Origin: Candidatus Pelearchaeum maunauluense
Lineage (GTDB): Archaea > Thermoproteota > Nitrososphaeria_A > Caldarchaeales > Caldarchaeaceae
Length of the DNA: 64,000 bases
Direction of reading: 5' to 3'
NCBI GenBank assembly: GCA_030059675.1
Contig: JANVYQ010000001.1
Coordinates: 216,753-280,752 of the forward strand
In this document: positions 37,668 to 47,500 of the stretch, in pieces
Numbering within the stretch: position 1 is the first letter of the stretch
Layout: each line of letters begins with the position of its first letter
Notes under the pieces: generated by a model
What the model saw: the letters and a program-made list of their open reading frames with translations, nothing else
What the model was told of the DNA's origin: nothing
The model's database searches: none
Translations under genes and position numbers: made by a program

Positions 37668-38477
37668 ATGGATTGGAGTAAGATTGTTGATTGGTCTAAT
37701 GTCAGGGTTTACGACCTTTCCCAGCCAACTAGCTGGAGGCAGCCACCCTTTATGTGGTATCCGCCGATGAAGGTTTATTGGATTAAGCATCTGGGCGAGC
37801 ATGGAGTTAACGCACAATTCATAGAGACCTCCCTCCACTTCGGAACACATTTCGACGGCCAAGCACACTTCGTTACAGGCGGTAGGGACATAGCCAGCCT
37901 ACCTCTCGAAGATTACCTAGTCGGCGAGGGTGTTGTTGTGGATATAAGCCCATACGTGGGTGATTACGACATCTATACTGTTGATACGCTCAAGCAGGCT
38001 GCGAAGGATGGAGGTGTGGAGATAAAGAAGGGAGACATCCTCATAATACATACTGGCTATCACCGCTATGCTTGGTGTGGTGAGGAGCCTGATGAGGTGC
38101 GCTACATGGTTAAGCACCCAGGCCCAGATGTGCGCTTCGCCAAGTGGTGTCTGGAGATGAAGTTTAAGTGGCTTGGTGTGGATGCAATCTCACAAGACCA
38201 CCCGCTTAACACCGTGATAAGGAGAGCCCGCCCAGACCTGGTAGCTGAGGCTGAGAAGAAGTGGGGCAAGAAGATAGATGAGCTTATGCCCTGGCCAGAG
38301 AACTACCAAGTAATGCACACTATGCTCTTCCCACACCTCATACTCCACGCCGAGAACCTAGGCGGCGATATAAAGAAGGTTCTCAACAGACGTGCAATAA
38401 TAGGGGCTTTCCCCTTCAAGTTCCAAGACGGGGAATCGGCATTCGCGCGTATCGTCGCATTTGTCAGCGAAAAATAA
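37668..38477 (+). CDS. cyclase-family protein (kynurenine formamidase-like)
   Basis: Cyclase motif HFGTHFDGQAHF (HxGTHxDxPxH). Confidence 0.7.
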   Translation: MDWSKIVDWSNVRVYDLSQPTSWRQPPFMWYPPMKVYWIKHLGEHGVNAQFIETSLHFGTHFDGQAHFVTGGRDIASLPLEDYLVGEGVVVDISPYVGDYDIYTVDTLKQAAKDGGVEIKKGDILIIHTGYHRYAWCGEEPDEVRYMVKHPGPDVRFAKWCLEMKFKWLGVDAISQDHPLNTVIRRARPDLVAEAEKKWGKKIDELMPWPENYQVMHTMLFPHLILHAENLGGDIKKVLNRRAIIGAFPFKFQDGESAFARIVAFVSEK

Positions 38478-38479
38478 CA

Positions 38480-39352
38480 TCAACAATTTATTTGACGTAG
38501 AACTCTCTCTATTAGATTCTCCCGCCTACTCAGCGCCGCCAGGGCTGTCAAAACCCCTAGTGAGATGTCTATCCCAGAGTTGTGTCCGCGCTGCGCCAAA
38601 GCTAGAATACAATCCATAAATCCCTCACCATCTTCATCATGTATTGATATTAGCAGACTGGCCAGCGTCTCATCAACAATCCCGTGTTGGGCATAGTCTA
38701 TGAGTAGGGCGCTGGCCCAGCTGGTATATTTTAGGAGAGTGTTTCTATCTATTGTTATCTTATGTTTTGTTAGTGCGTTTATTGTGGTGAGGAAGCCTGC
38801 TATGAAGTCGTCGCCTGATGGTGTGAATCCCCCTCCAAGCCCAAGTAGAGGTGTGTAGTTGTCCAGTTTGCTGGCTGTTTGGGTATTTCCGCGTGAGAGT
38901 GGAGTGATTACATTCTGTATGAATTGCTTAAACTCGTGTGTTGCTGGTAGCTGTATGGGGTTTTGTGATGTTTCGTAAAGTAGGCTGAGCATAAAGGCTG
39001 CTTCCGTGATATAATCTTCCAACGACGTAAAGCTTGGCTCACCACTAAAAATGGGAATGCTCGGCTCATACACGTAAGCCCCACGCAGCTCAATCTCCAC
39101 ATTACCTAGGAAGAGCTTGTCATCTATCCTCTTTAGAGAATCACCAACATTTACCCACGCTTTGAGAGACGCCTGCAACTCTCGCAGGCCTATGTTTATG
39201 GGTGCTCGCGGACTTTTCCGCGATATTACCAGAAGCTCGCTGTCTTTCTCTATGTAGATTGTGTTTTTGAATACGTGCTTAACTATTCCAGTTTCTCCGT
39301 TTTGTAGGTTTTTGAGGGCTAGTGAGCCTATATAGCTGGCGGCTAGCCTCAT
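38480..39352 (-). CDS. DUF2877-family protein (AllH/YlbF-like)
   Basis: 290 aa. Size and position next to the DUF1116 and FdrA genes match the conserved FdrA-DUF1116-DUF2877 triad. Confidence 0.45.
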   Translation of the reverse strand: MRLAASYIGSLALKNLQNGETGIVKHVFKNTIYIEKDSELLVISRKSPRAPINIGLRELQASLKAWVNVGDSLKRIDDKLFLGNVEIELRGAYVYEPSIPIFSGEPSFTSLEDYITEAAFMLSLLYETSQNPIQLPATHEFKQFIQNVITPLSRGNTQTASKLDNYTPLLGLGGGFTPSGDDFIAGFLTTINALTKHKITIDRNTLLKYTSWASALLIDYAQHGIVDETLASLLISIHDEDGEGFMDCILALAQRGHNSGIDISLGVLTALAALSRRENLIERVLRQINC

Positions 39353-40611
39353 AGTTTGTACTTCTCCGCGTAGCTGCGGAGAGCGTCGCGGAACATCTCT
39401 ATTGGGAGGCTCACTATGCCAGCGCCTATCTGGCCAACTCCAGCCTGCTTATGCGCTATCCCAGTGTTAATCGTGGGCGTAATCCCAGTCTTCAAAACCT
39501 TCCTAATATCAACACCTGTGGGTGTTCCCTGGAAGTTGAGGTAGGGTATCTGGAAATACTTGTGCTTTGTGTATGTTATCTCGTACATTTTTTGAGTTGT
39601 CTCTATTGCTAGCTTCACGCTCCCGCCTACCCACGAGACTATCGCTGGCGCCGCGGCCATCGCGAAGCCTCCGAAGCCTGCTGTCTCGGTTATCGCGCTG
39701 TCGCCCAAATCTGGGTTCGCATCGGCGTCACTGAAGCCTGGGAACAATACGCCGCGCGGTATGGGCGCTGGGGCGGTGAACCACTTATCACCAAGCCCGC
39801 TCACCCAAATACCTGTATCAGTACCATTACGCGACATAACCGTAACTATTGTGCTGTGCTCTATGTTGTGCGCTGCTAGCGTCATGGCTTTCGCCGCTGC
39901 CATGCCTAGATTGAGCGCTGTGAAGTTGTTAGCATTCATGAAGCTGTATGCTTCCCTCACCATGTTTGTATCCACTCCACAGCGCATCATGTAGGGCGTT
40001 ATCTCGCGTAGTAGTAGTGATGTGGCCGCAACATAGCGGTTGTGGCAGTCATCACCCATCTGGAGAGCCTGCGCTATTATAGGCTTGAGAGCAACACCAC
40101 CCCTATCGCTAACCACCTCGCGTATAGTAGCTTCAAGAACTGGATAAAGCACGTCGGACATCCACCTAAGCCTATCCAGAACCTCTTTATCATAAGCGCC
40201 GTACCTGAGGACCTTACCTATTCCTTCGTTGAGGTTTGAGTATGTTTTGTTTCCCCAGCGGCGGTCGTGTATCTCATAAACGGGCATGCTGGGTGAGATT
40301 ATGCCGCACATGGGGCCGACTGCGTTGTGGTGGTGTGTGGGCTCCAGCTTGACCTGGCCGTTCTTCACCAGCTTCTCAGCCTCTTCCTGCGTTGTTGCCC
40401 AGCCCTCGTAGATTATCGCTCCTATAACGGCGCCGCGCATGGGGCCGCTGGCGCGCTCCCACTCAAGCGGAGGCCCAGCATGAAGAAGCAAATACTCGCG
40501 CATCCCAGGAATCTTATCACGCGCAAGTCCAACCCCAACCCACACAGGGTCGGACTCCATCATCCGCTCAACAGCCTCGCCGTTGGCCTTCTCAACCTCC
40601 TCCCTAACCAT
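39349..40611 (-). CDS. DUF1116-family protein (AllG/YlbE-like)
   Basis: 420 aa. Overlaps the DUF2877 gene by 4 nt. Confidence 0.5.
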   Translation of the reverse strand: MVREEVEKANGEAVERMMESDPVWVGVGLARDKIPGMREYLLLHAGPPLEWERASGPMRGAVIGAIIYEGWATTQEEAEKLVKNGQVKLEPTHHHNAVGPMCGIISPSMPVYEIHDRRWGNKTYSNLNEGIGKVLRYGAYDKEVLDRLRWMSDVLYPVLEATIREVVSDRGGVALKPIIAQALQMGDDCHNRYVAATSLLLREITPYMMRCGVDTNMVREAYSFMNANNFTALNLGMAAAKAMTLAAHNIEHSTIVTVMSRNGTDTGIWVSGLGDKWFTAPAPIPRGVLFPGFSDADANPDLGDSAITETAGFGGFAMAAAPAIVSWVGGSVKLAIETTQKMYEITYTKHKYFQIPYLNFQGTPTGVDIRKVLKTGITPTINTGIAHKQAGVGQIGAGIVSLPIEMFRDALRSYAEKYKL

Positions 40612-40684
40612 ATCCCAAAATCCACGAATGTCCTACACTATTAAGTTGATTACCAGCCAGAAAACACTCTATCAGGAGAAGCTT

Positions 40685-41308
40685 ATGGCAGCAAGGCATA
40701 AAGACCCACATTATCTATTTCTGCTTTTCCTAAGCATTCCCATGTTTATCTGGTATGATAAACAGGCTCTAACAGCCCTCCAAAACATGGCCATCGACAA
40801 ATCGGGTAATGCTGTATTTCTGAGTGAAAATCAGGTTATTTATCCATTCACCTATGCTGGCGCTCTCCTAACGATATTAGGCATTACCAGCCTGATGGCG
40901 CGTAGGTATGGTTTCAGCATAAGTAATTTGATTGTAAGTCTACTCTTGGGTAGGGCTGTTGCGGGTGCTCTAATCGTGGTTTATGAGCAAATATTCACTC
41001 TGTTGGGCAGTATCGTGTGGAAGGAGAACGTATGGCTGCTATATTATGGGGATATTGAGACTTTACTATGGAATGCGGCGAAGGTAGGTTTTCTAATAAC
41101 ACTATTACCCCACATAAACCCAAACATGAAATACTACACCACACTCATACTAGCTACATACTTCATACTCATGATTTCATGGATGGCTTTGGGAATGAGG
41201 CCACCACATCAAGACGCCCTGAACTATGCATTAAATGCGACAACACGGCTCTTGCTACATGCTGTGCCTTTAACATTATTACTACGGGGGCGGGGATTCC
41301 AAGCTTAG
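40685..41308 (+). CDS. hypothetical polytopic membrane protein
   Basis: About 6 TM helices. ATG chosen at 40685 (MAARHKDPHYLF...) to avoid overlap with the divergent gene. Confidence 0.4.
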   Translation: MAARHKDPHYLFLLFLSIPMFIWYDKQALTALQNMAIDKSGNAVFLSENQVIYPFTYAGALLTILGITSLMARRYGFSISNLIVSLLLGRAVAGALIVVYEQIFTLLGSIVWKENVWLLYYGDIETLLWNAAKVGFLITLLPHINPNMKYYTTLILATYFILMISWMALGMRPPHQDALNYALNATTRLLLHAVPLTLLLRGRGFQA

Positions 41309-41379
41309 GAGTCTATTCTCATGACGTTTTATGCTCTTATTGGAGACTATATAAGTTGTTGCATACTTCTGACTAGCTG

Positions 41380-43002
41380 ATGTTTACTCGTAACGTTGTG
41401 AAGAGGAATTTCTTTAGGGATTCTCTCCAGCTTATGCGCATCTCTGAGGAGGCTAGGAAGATTCCAGGCGTGTTGGATGCGGCTGTTGTTATGGGGACTT
41501 GGACGAATAAGGAGGTTCTCCGTCGTCTTGGCATGCTCACAGGCGAGGGTGAGGCTGCTTCTGAGAATGATATGATACTCGCTCTGAAGGTGGAGGACGA
41601 GTCTAGGCTTGGCGACGCTATCTCGGCTGTTGAGGAGATGCTGCTTAAGACGGTTGAGGTGTCTGGGGAGCAGGAGCAGCGCTACTTCAGCGTTGAGTCA
41701 GCGCTTGAAGCCATGCCAGACGCCAACCTGGCGGTGGTCTCGGTTCCAGGCGAGTATGCCCGCGAGGTTGCTATGCGCTTCCTAGAGCGCGGGGTTCATG
41801 TGCATCTCTTCAGCGACCACGTGCCTATAGAGCACGAGGTTGAGCTTAAGCGCTACGCCGCTGAGTGCGGTCTTCTCGTCCTAGGGCCTGGTGCTGGGAC
41901 CTCAATAATCAACGGCAGGGCTATAGCGTTTGCTAATGTTGTGAGGCGTGGGGAGGTTGGTATCGTTGCCGCCGCTGGGACTGGCCTGCAGGAGGTTAGC
42001 GTGTTGCTAGATAGAATTGGGCTTGGTGTTTCACAGGGGCTTGGGATAGGTGGGAACGATGTTAAGAGCGCCGTGGGTGGTATAATGGCTGTTGAGTGTA
42101 TAAAGGCGTTGGAGGCTGATGCCGAGACGAGGCTGATTATGCTGGTCTCAAAGCCTCCCGATAGGGATGTTATGGAGAGGATAACGCGCTTCATAGCTGA
42201 GGAGACCCGTAAGCCATTCGTAGTCTGTTTTCTAGGCGAAACTGAGTATAAGCCGCTAAAACGAATAGCGCGGCGCGTAAGCTCTGCTCGCGGCCTGCAT
42301 GCCGCAGTCCTAGACGCGGCGAGGAAGCTAAACCCCAAATCATTCAACGCTGCGCGTAGGAAAATCACAATAAGCCAGACGGAGCTATCAAAGCTAGCTG
42401 CACGTCTGGCCAAGAACCTCAAGCCTGGCCAGCGCCACGTAAGGGCGCTCTACACAGGTGGGACACTCATGTACGAGGCACTGCTAATCTACCGCGAGCT
42501 GATAGGCGACGTTTATAGCAACGCCCCCCTCAACGAGGAGATGAGGCTCCCAGACCCCTACAAGAGCGTGGGCGACGCTGTGATAGATTTGGGCGAGGAG
42601 GAGTTTACGGCTGGCCGTGCCCATCCCATGATTGACCCGACGATTAGGAGGTTGAGGCTTGTTGATGAGGCCCGCGACCCTTCTGTTGCTGTTGTTTTGA
42701 TGGATTTTATGCTTGGCTATGGCGCTCACCGCGACCCTGCTGGGGCTATGCTTGAGGCCATTCGCGAGGCTCGCGGGATAGCTTCCGCGGAGGGTAGGGA
42801 GCTGGTGGTTATGGGGCATGTGTGCGGCACAGAAGCAGACCCGCAGGGGCTGCGTGAGCAAGAGGAGAAGCTACGCAGCGTGGGCGTGGAGATATTCCCA
42901 ACAAACGCCCTCATGGTTATCGCCTCCGCTCTAGTTGCGCGGCGCGGGAAAATCAATAAAACAAAGCTCCGAAAAGTATGCCGGAGCTTCCTACGGATGT
43001 GA
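41380..43002 (+). CDS. fdrA: FdrA-family protein (succinyl-CoA synthetase alpha-like CoA-binding/ligase fold)
   Basis: 540 aa. N-terminus MFTRNVVKRNFFRDSLQLMRISEEARKIPGVLDAAVVMGT and a central Rossmann/CoA-ligase-like region GPGAGTSIINGRAIAFANV. Confidence 0.6.
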   Translation: MFTRNVVKRNFFRDSLQLMRISEEARKIPGVLDAAVVMGTWTNKEVLRRLGMLTGEGEAASENDMILALKVEDESRLGDAISAVEEMLLKTVEVSGEQEQRYFSVESALEAMPDANLAVVSVPGEYAREVAMRFLERGVHVHLFSDHVPIEHEVELKRYAAECGLLVLGPGAGTSIINGRAIAFANVVRRGEVGIVAAAGTGLQEVSVLLDRIGLGVSQGLGIGGNDVKSAVGGIMAVECIKALEADAETRLIMLVSKPPDRDVMERITRFIAEETRKPFVVCFLGETEYKPLKRIARRVSSARGLHAAVLDAARKLNPKSFNAARRKITISQTELSKLAARLAKNLKPGQRHVRALYTGGTLMYEALLIYRELIGDVYSNAPLNEEMRLPDPYKSVGDAVIDLGEEEFTAGRAHPMIDPTIRRLRLVDEARDPSVAVVLMDFMLGYGAHRDPAGAMLEAIREARGIASAEGRELVVMGHVCGTEADPQGLREQEEKLRSVGVEIFPTNALMVIASALVARRGKINKTKLRKVCRSFLRM

Positions 43003-43187
43003 AAAAGGCCATGAAGGAGAGTAAAACTCTGAAGCTGTTCCGCTCAGAGCTTAAGGTAATCAATGTGGGGCTTGAGACGTTTTACGAGGCGTTGAAAGCG
43101 CAGGATGTAGCTGCTATTCATGTGAGCTGGCAACCACCGCCAAAGCTGGAGAAAGAGCTGCGCGATGTGCTGGACAAACTAATCTAA
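42978..43187 (+). CDS. hypothetical small protein
   Basis: 69 aa ORF overlapping the fdrA stop. No recognisable motif. Confidence 0.2.
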   Translation: MPELPTDVKKAMKESKTLKLFRSELKVINVGLETFYEALKAQDVAAIHVSWQPPPKLEKELRDVLDKLI

Positions 43188-44600
43188 AGCTGGCGGCGCC
43201 ATGTCTAGGTTTAGACTCTTCTCCAAACCATAAGCAAGCTGGAGGACCGTCTGCTCATCAAAGGGACGACCTGCCAGCTGCACCGCTACGGGGAGATTAC
43301 CATCCGCGAGCCCTGCGGGCAGGGTGATTGCTGGGACTCCCGTGATGTTGTATAGTATTGTAAGGTTTGTGAGCGCCGTGTATATGTCGATGGTCTCCCC
43401 GTTTAGCTTTACTTCGGTCTCGCCTATCTTCGGCGCTGGTATGGCTGTTGTGGGCGAGATTATGGCATGGTGCCTGTCTAGTATTCTCAGCAGCTCTTCG
43501 CGAATCTCTATGCGGAGGCGCTGCGCCTTGACATAATCCACTAAGCTCATAGACCTGCCCCGCTCCAGCATTCTGCGCACATCCTCGCCATAGTCGGCGG
43601 CTCTCTCACGGAGCCACTCATCATGAAACACGGCTGCCTCGCCAAGCCTAATCGGCGCCCAGCACCACCTCACCCTATCAGCATAGCGGAAATCCAGCTC
43701 CACACACTCCACACCAAGCCCCCCAAGCACATCAATAGCACGTGAAAACGCCCTAGCAACGCTCCTATGCAGGTTGTCTAGGTATAGGTTCCTCAGAACG
43801 CACACCCTATATCCCTTCAAGTCTCTTTCTAGATTTGCTGGGTAGTCTGGCAGGTCTGCAAAGACACTTGCGTCATCCCTCTGGTCATAGCCAGCTATTG
43901 CTTTTAGGACTATGGCGGCGTCTTCCACGCTTCTGGTGATGGGGCCTACGTGGTCTAGGCTCCAGCTCAGCGGTATTACACCATGCTTGCTCACCCTCCC
44001 ATAGCTTGGCTTAAGCCCAACCACGCCGCAGAGAGCTGCGGGTATCCTTATGGAGCCGCTGGTATCAGTTCCAAGCGATGCCCAGACCATAAACGCAGAA
44101 ACCGAAGCGGCAGAACCGCCGCTTGAGCCGCCAGCGATACGCTCCAAATCCCATGGATTACGAACAGCGCCAAAATGCGGATTCACGCTAGTAACACCAG
44201 AGGCAAACTCGTGTAGGTTGTTTGTTCCTATGATTATCGCTCCCGCTTCACGGAGTTTCTCAACAACAGCCGCATCCTGCTCCGCTATGTTGTTGCTCAA
44301 GATTTTTGAGCCAGCAGTACATTTAACGCCCCGTACCTGGATAATATCTTTAACCGATACTGGGACTCCATGAAGACTACCGCGGTAGATGCTATTCTTC
44401 AGCTCCCTCTCCAAAACCTCAGCCTGCTGTATAGCGTCTTCCTCAACGACCGTGATGAACGAGTTTATCCTCTTGTCTATGCGCCTGATTCTCTCAAGAG
44501 ATTTTGCAACCAGCTCGGTTGGTGTTATCTCTTGTGAGCGGATTCTCTCGGATAGCTGCGCTATGGATAGTCTGGTTATGTCTTGTGGCAACCCGACCAA
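43179..44600 (-). CDS. amidase (amidase-signature family, GatA-like)
   Basis: AS signature GGSSGGSAASVSAF with a Ser-cisSer-Lys triad context. 473 aa. Confidence 0.85.
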   Translation of the reverse strand: MVGLPQDITRLSIAQLSERIRSQEITPTELVAKSLERIRRIDKRINSFITVVEEDAIQQAEVLERELKNSIYRGSLHGVPVSVKDIIQVRGVKCTAGSKILSNNIAEQDAAVVEKLREAGAIIIGTNNLHEFASGVTSVNPHFGAVRNPWDLERIAGGSSGGSAASVSAFMVWASLGTDTSGSIRIPAALCGVVGLKPSYGRVSKHGVIPLSWSLDHVGPITRSVEDAAIVLKAIAGYDQRDDASVFADLPDYPANLERDLKGYRVCVLRNLYLDNLHRSVARAFSRAIDVLGGLGVECVELDFRYADRVRWCWAPIRLGEAAVFHDEWLRERAADYGEDVRRMLERGRSMSLVDYVKAQRLRIEIREELLRILDRHHAIISPTTAIPAPKIGETEVKLNGETIDIYTALTNLTILYNITGVPAITLPAGLADGNLPVAVQLAGRPFDEQTVLQLAYGLEKSLNLDMAPPALD

Positions 44601-44620
44601 CCGAAGTCTTATGGGGAATC

Positions 44621-45682
44621 TTAAACATTTGTCCTAACAAGCATAACCTCTTCATCTGGCGCGAGCATCCTGTTGGCAGCTATGTCTGCAATAGCGACGC
44701 AGTGTCCAGCCATCCTACGCATCTCACGCACAATCATCATAAGCGTAACAGCCTTATTCACATCACCGACACTCTGCAAGGTTCTAACATTAATAGACTC
44801 CTCAAGCCCCTTCACCTTCACCATCATATCAGTAACCTGTAAAACTTTGTTGAAGTTCTTCTCAAGAAATGATTCAACCGCTAGCGACTGCATACGGTAT
44901 ACCTGCTCCGAGAGCGTTTCTATTAGGCGCAGCATGTCCTTGTCTTCTATCTTTCTGCCATAGCGGTTGAAGTGTCTCGCTACGTACATGGCGTGGTAGA
45001 TGAGGCGGCTGAGGTCGCGGGCAAATACCGCGTATGTGAGTAGCTCGCGTGTGTTGCTTACGCCGCTGCGGTATGCTGTCTCTGGGTTCATGCTGCACTG
45101 TGCTATATGTCTTATGATGCTTCTGTATATTCGTAATACTTCTGGCTCGCGGCTCACAACCTCTGCGGCGGCCTCAACATTCCCCTCAACAAGAGCCTTC
45201 ACAGCATCGCGGTGAATCGTGAGCGCAACGTTATGTAAGCTGGTTATCATATCATCAAGCTTTTTTTCCTCCTGCTGCTCAGACACTATGAAGACTACAG
45301 TCCTATCATCTTCCCGCGCAATATCTATGCCAGGGAGGTCCATACGTACTTCTCTGAGCTGCCTCTTCCTATCTGCTGCTAGTGGTTCTGAAGACATTAC
45401 AACTATCTCGTCTGCTCCCTGCATGTAGTATGTCCAGATGGCGTATCTTACTGAGCGCATGTTTCCGAGCTTGTCAAGGTCTATCTCCACCTTCCTCCTC
45501 TTCCCTATCACATCGCGCGCAACTATCTTCAACGCTGCGCCGTCCTCTGACATGAAGAGCTTAGAGCCCTTCCGAAGCCTCTGCTTCAAAACCCACCAAC
45601 GCGGCAACGTTATAGTATAGCTCCCACCCTTAATCGCCTGCAAGTTCCTAACGCTCGGCCTAGATGGCACCGACTTACCCAC
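44621..45682 (-). CDS. PhoU-domain protein with N-terminal AbrB/SpoVT-like domain
   Basis: N-terminal swapped-hairpin-like segment (ITLPRWWVLKQRLRKGSKLFMSEDGAALKIV), then two PhoU-like helical repeats. Confidence 0.55.
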   Translation of the reverse strand: MGKSVPSRPSVRNLQAIKGGSYTITLPRWWVLKQRLRKGSKLFMSEDGAALKIVARDVIGKRRKVEIDLDKLGNMRSVRYAIWTYYMQGADEIVVMSSEPLAADRKRQLREVRMDLPGIDIAREDDRTVVFIVSEQQEEKKLDDMITSLHNVALTIHRDAVKALVEGNVEAAAEVVSREPEVLRIYRSIIRHIAQCSMNPETAYRSGVSNTRELLTYAVFARDLSRLIYHAMYVARHFNRYGRKIEDKDMLRLIETLSEQVYRMQSLAVESFLEKNFNKVLQVTDMMVKVKGLEESINVRTLQSVGDVNKAVTLMMIVREMRRMAGHCVAIADIAANRMLAPDEEVMLVRTNV

Positions 45683-45965
45683 AGCGTCCTCCCAAACGAA
45701 TACCCATAAACGAGCTAAATAAGCCTAGAACCATTTAGCCGATTACTAAATTATATTTTTAAATCATTACTTATAAAATACTTCAACAAAAACTATACAT
45801 AAACTCCTGGAAAACACCCGTACAATTGTTAGGAACAGATTAGGTGAAAGTGGTTTCTTTTTGTGTTGGTTTTAATTTATATAATTAGCATATTATATGT
45901 ATAGATTAACTCAAAACAATACATACCGAATAAAATTTATATACGTCCGTGAAGAACGGGAAATC

Positions 45966-46961
45966 ATGCAAATAGACCGAGAGGGTTCGGCTCCTAACAT
46001 ATTCCCTGGCAACTGGGATGTAGTTACTCAGGAGCTACTGAAGACCTATGAGGCTTGGTTTAAGCAGAACTGGGGGCCTGTTGAGCTTCCCTGGGACGAG
46101 CTGGACAGGAAGAACTTTGACGACAACGAGGCTGTGGCGCAGGCTTACTGGATGGCCAAGCTCGCGCTCTTTGAGAAGTCTGGGATAGGTGCTTTTAGCC
46201 TCGCCACGCTACAAGCTGCGCGCTACAACATGGAGGACCCGACCAAGAAGTTCCTCGCAGGAGTAACGTATGACGAGTGTAGGCATGATGAGATATGCCG
46301 CCGCGCATGTAGCAGGCTCTGCCCAGGCTTCCCATACAAGTTCAAGCCCAAGAACACCCTTGAGGAGAAGGCTCTCAGGAACATTCAAATACTATACGAT
46401 AATGCGCGCCGATATTGGAGCGCCTTTGAGCAGGCATGGCAGAAGTACCCGCTTGAGCTGATATTCTCAAGCTTCTTCTTCGCCGAGATAGGTGCTCAGC
46501 TAATCTTCAAGCAGGTTGCGGAGAAGTCTAGGCTCTCAGTCTATAGGCAGGCTTTCTCCAACATAACGAAGGATGAGTCGCGGCATCTGGCTGGAACTTT
46601 GGCGCTTCTTGAGAGGCTGGCTAGTGAAATGCCGAAGGAGCAGAAGCTCATGATAACACGCCAGATGAAGCATGGTTTCATCTACCTCTCGCCGCTCCTA
46701 TACCGCCCCATGCACGAGTTCTGGCGACTTCCAGACGACTTCTATGAATGGGACAGGAAGCTAGAAGAGATAGCCGCTGACGCTGGTCTCGGAGTCCCCA
46801 CACTTGAGGAGAAGAGCGAGAAATGGTATCAGGCTATACAGCTGCATAGAAAGAGGCTCGAAGACCTAGGCATCCCAGTGCCAGCAATCAAAGAAGTAGG
46901 TGTTGACGGCGTTGAGATATCCGTGAAGAAGGACGACAACATCATAGCCACACCACTATAA
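45966..46961 (+). CDS. ferritin-like di-iron carboxylate protein (R2-like oxidase family)
   Basis: Two E...E.RH motifs (YDECRHDE, KDESRHL). Start placed at ATG 45966 (MQIDREG...), which sits 25-30 nt downstream of a TATA-like TTTATATA. Confidence 0.55.
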   Translation: MQIDREGSAPNIFPGNWDVVTQELLKTYEAWFKQNWGPVELPWDELDRKNFDDNEAVAQAYWMAKLALFEKSGIGAFSLATLQAARYNMEDPTKKFLAGVTYDECRHDEICRRACSRLCPGFPYKFKPKNTLEEKALRNIQILYDNARRYWSAFEQAWQKYPLELIFSSFFFAEIGAQLIFKQVAEKSRLSVYRQAFSNITKDESRHLAGTLALLERLASEMPKEQKLMITRQMKHGFIYLSPLLYRPMHEFWRLPDDFYEWDRKLEEIAADAGLGVPTLEEKSEKWYQAIQLHRKRLEDLGIPVPAIKEVGVDGVEISVKKDDNIIATPL

Positions 46962-47074
46962 TCCATTAATTCCAGCGTCTTTCAAATATATTTGGTATGA
47001 TTTTTTACGTCAAAAAATCGTGTAGGAGCGGGTCGTTATTATAACTTATATTGTACAGCTAGGCATTATAGCTT

Positions 47075-47500
47075 TTGGTATTTATGGTATTGCTTAGTCT
47101 TCCCCACTATTTACGCGAGATTATGTCATCACCAGTTATTTGTGTTGATGAAGATTCTGCTGTTGGTGAGGCTCTTCAAGTTATGAATGGGCATAATATT
47201 GGTTCTGTTGTGGTTTTGCGTATTGGTGTGCCTGTTGGGATGCTGACTGAGCGCGATATACTCAGAGGGCTGGTAATCTATAAGGGCTTGCCAGAGCTGA
47301 AAGTGAGTAAGCTTATGTCAAGCCCCTTGATAACATGCTCACCCGAAACACCTATACTCAAAGCATTTGCGCTAATGCATGAACACCATATAAGGCGGCT
47401 TCCCGTAATGGATGGAGATAAGCTGGTGGGCATAGTAACCGAGAGGGACATAATATACTGGATGCTTAAGCTGGTAGGCTATGGTGAGAAGAGACATTAG
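47075..47500 (+). CDS. CBS-domain pair protein
   Basis: Two CBS repeats. Paralogous to 22182-22598; both end ...DIIYWMLKLVGYGE... / ...DLLYWILKLVGYES.... Confidence 0.65.
   Translation: MVFMVLLSLPHYLREIMSSPVICVDEDSAVGEALQVMNGHNIGSVVVLRIGVPVGMLTERDILRGLVIYKGLPELKVSKLMSSPLITCSPETPILKAFALMHEHHIRRLPVMDGDKLVGIVTERDIIYWMLKLVGYGEKRH

Noticed and set aside
41853-42422. 189-aa minus-strand ORF inside fdrA
   Set aside because: Antisense shadow ORF with a low-complexity product.
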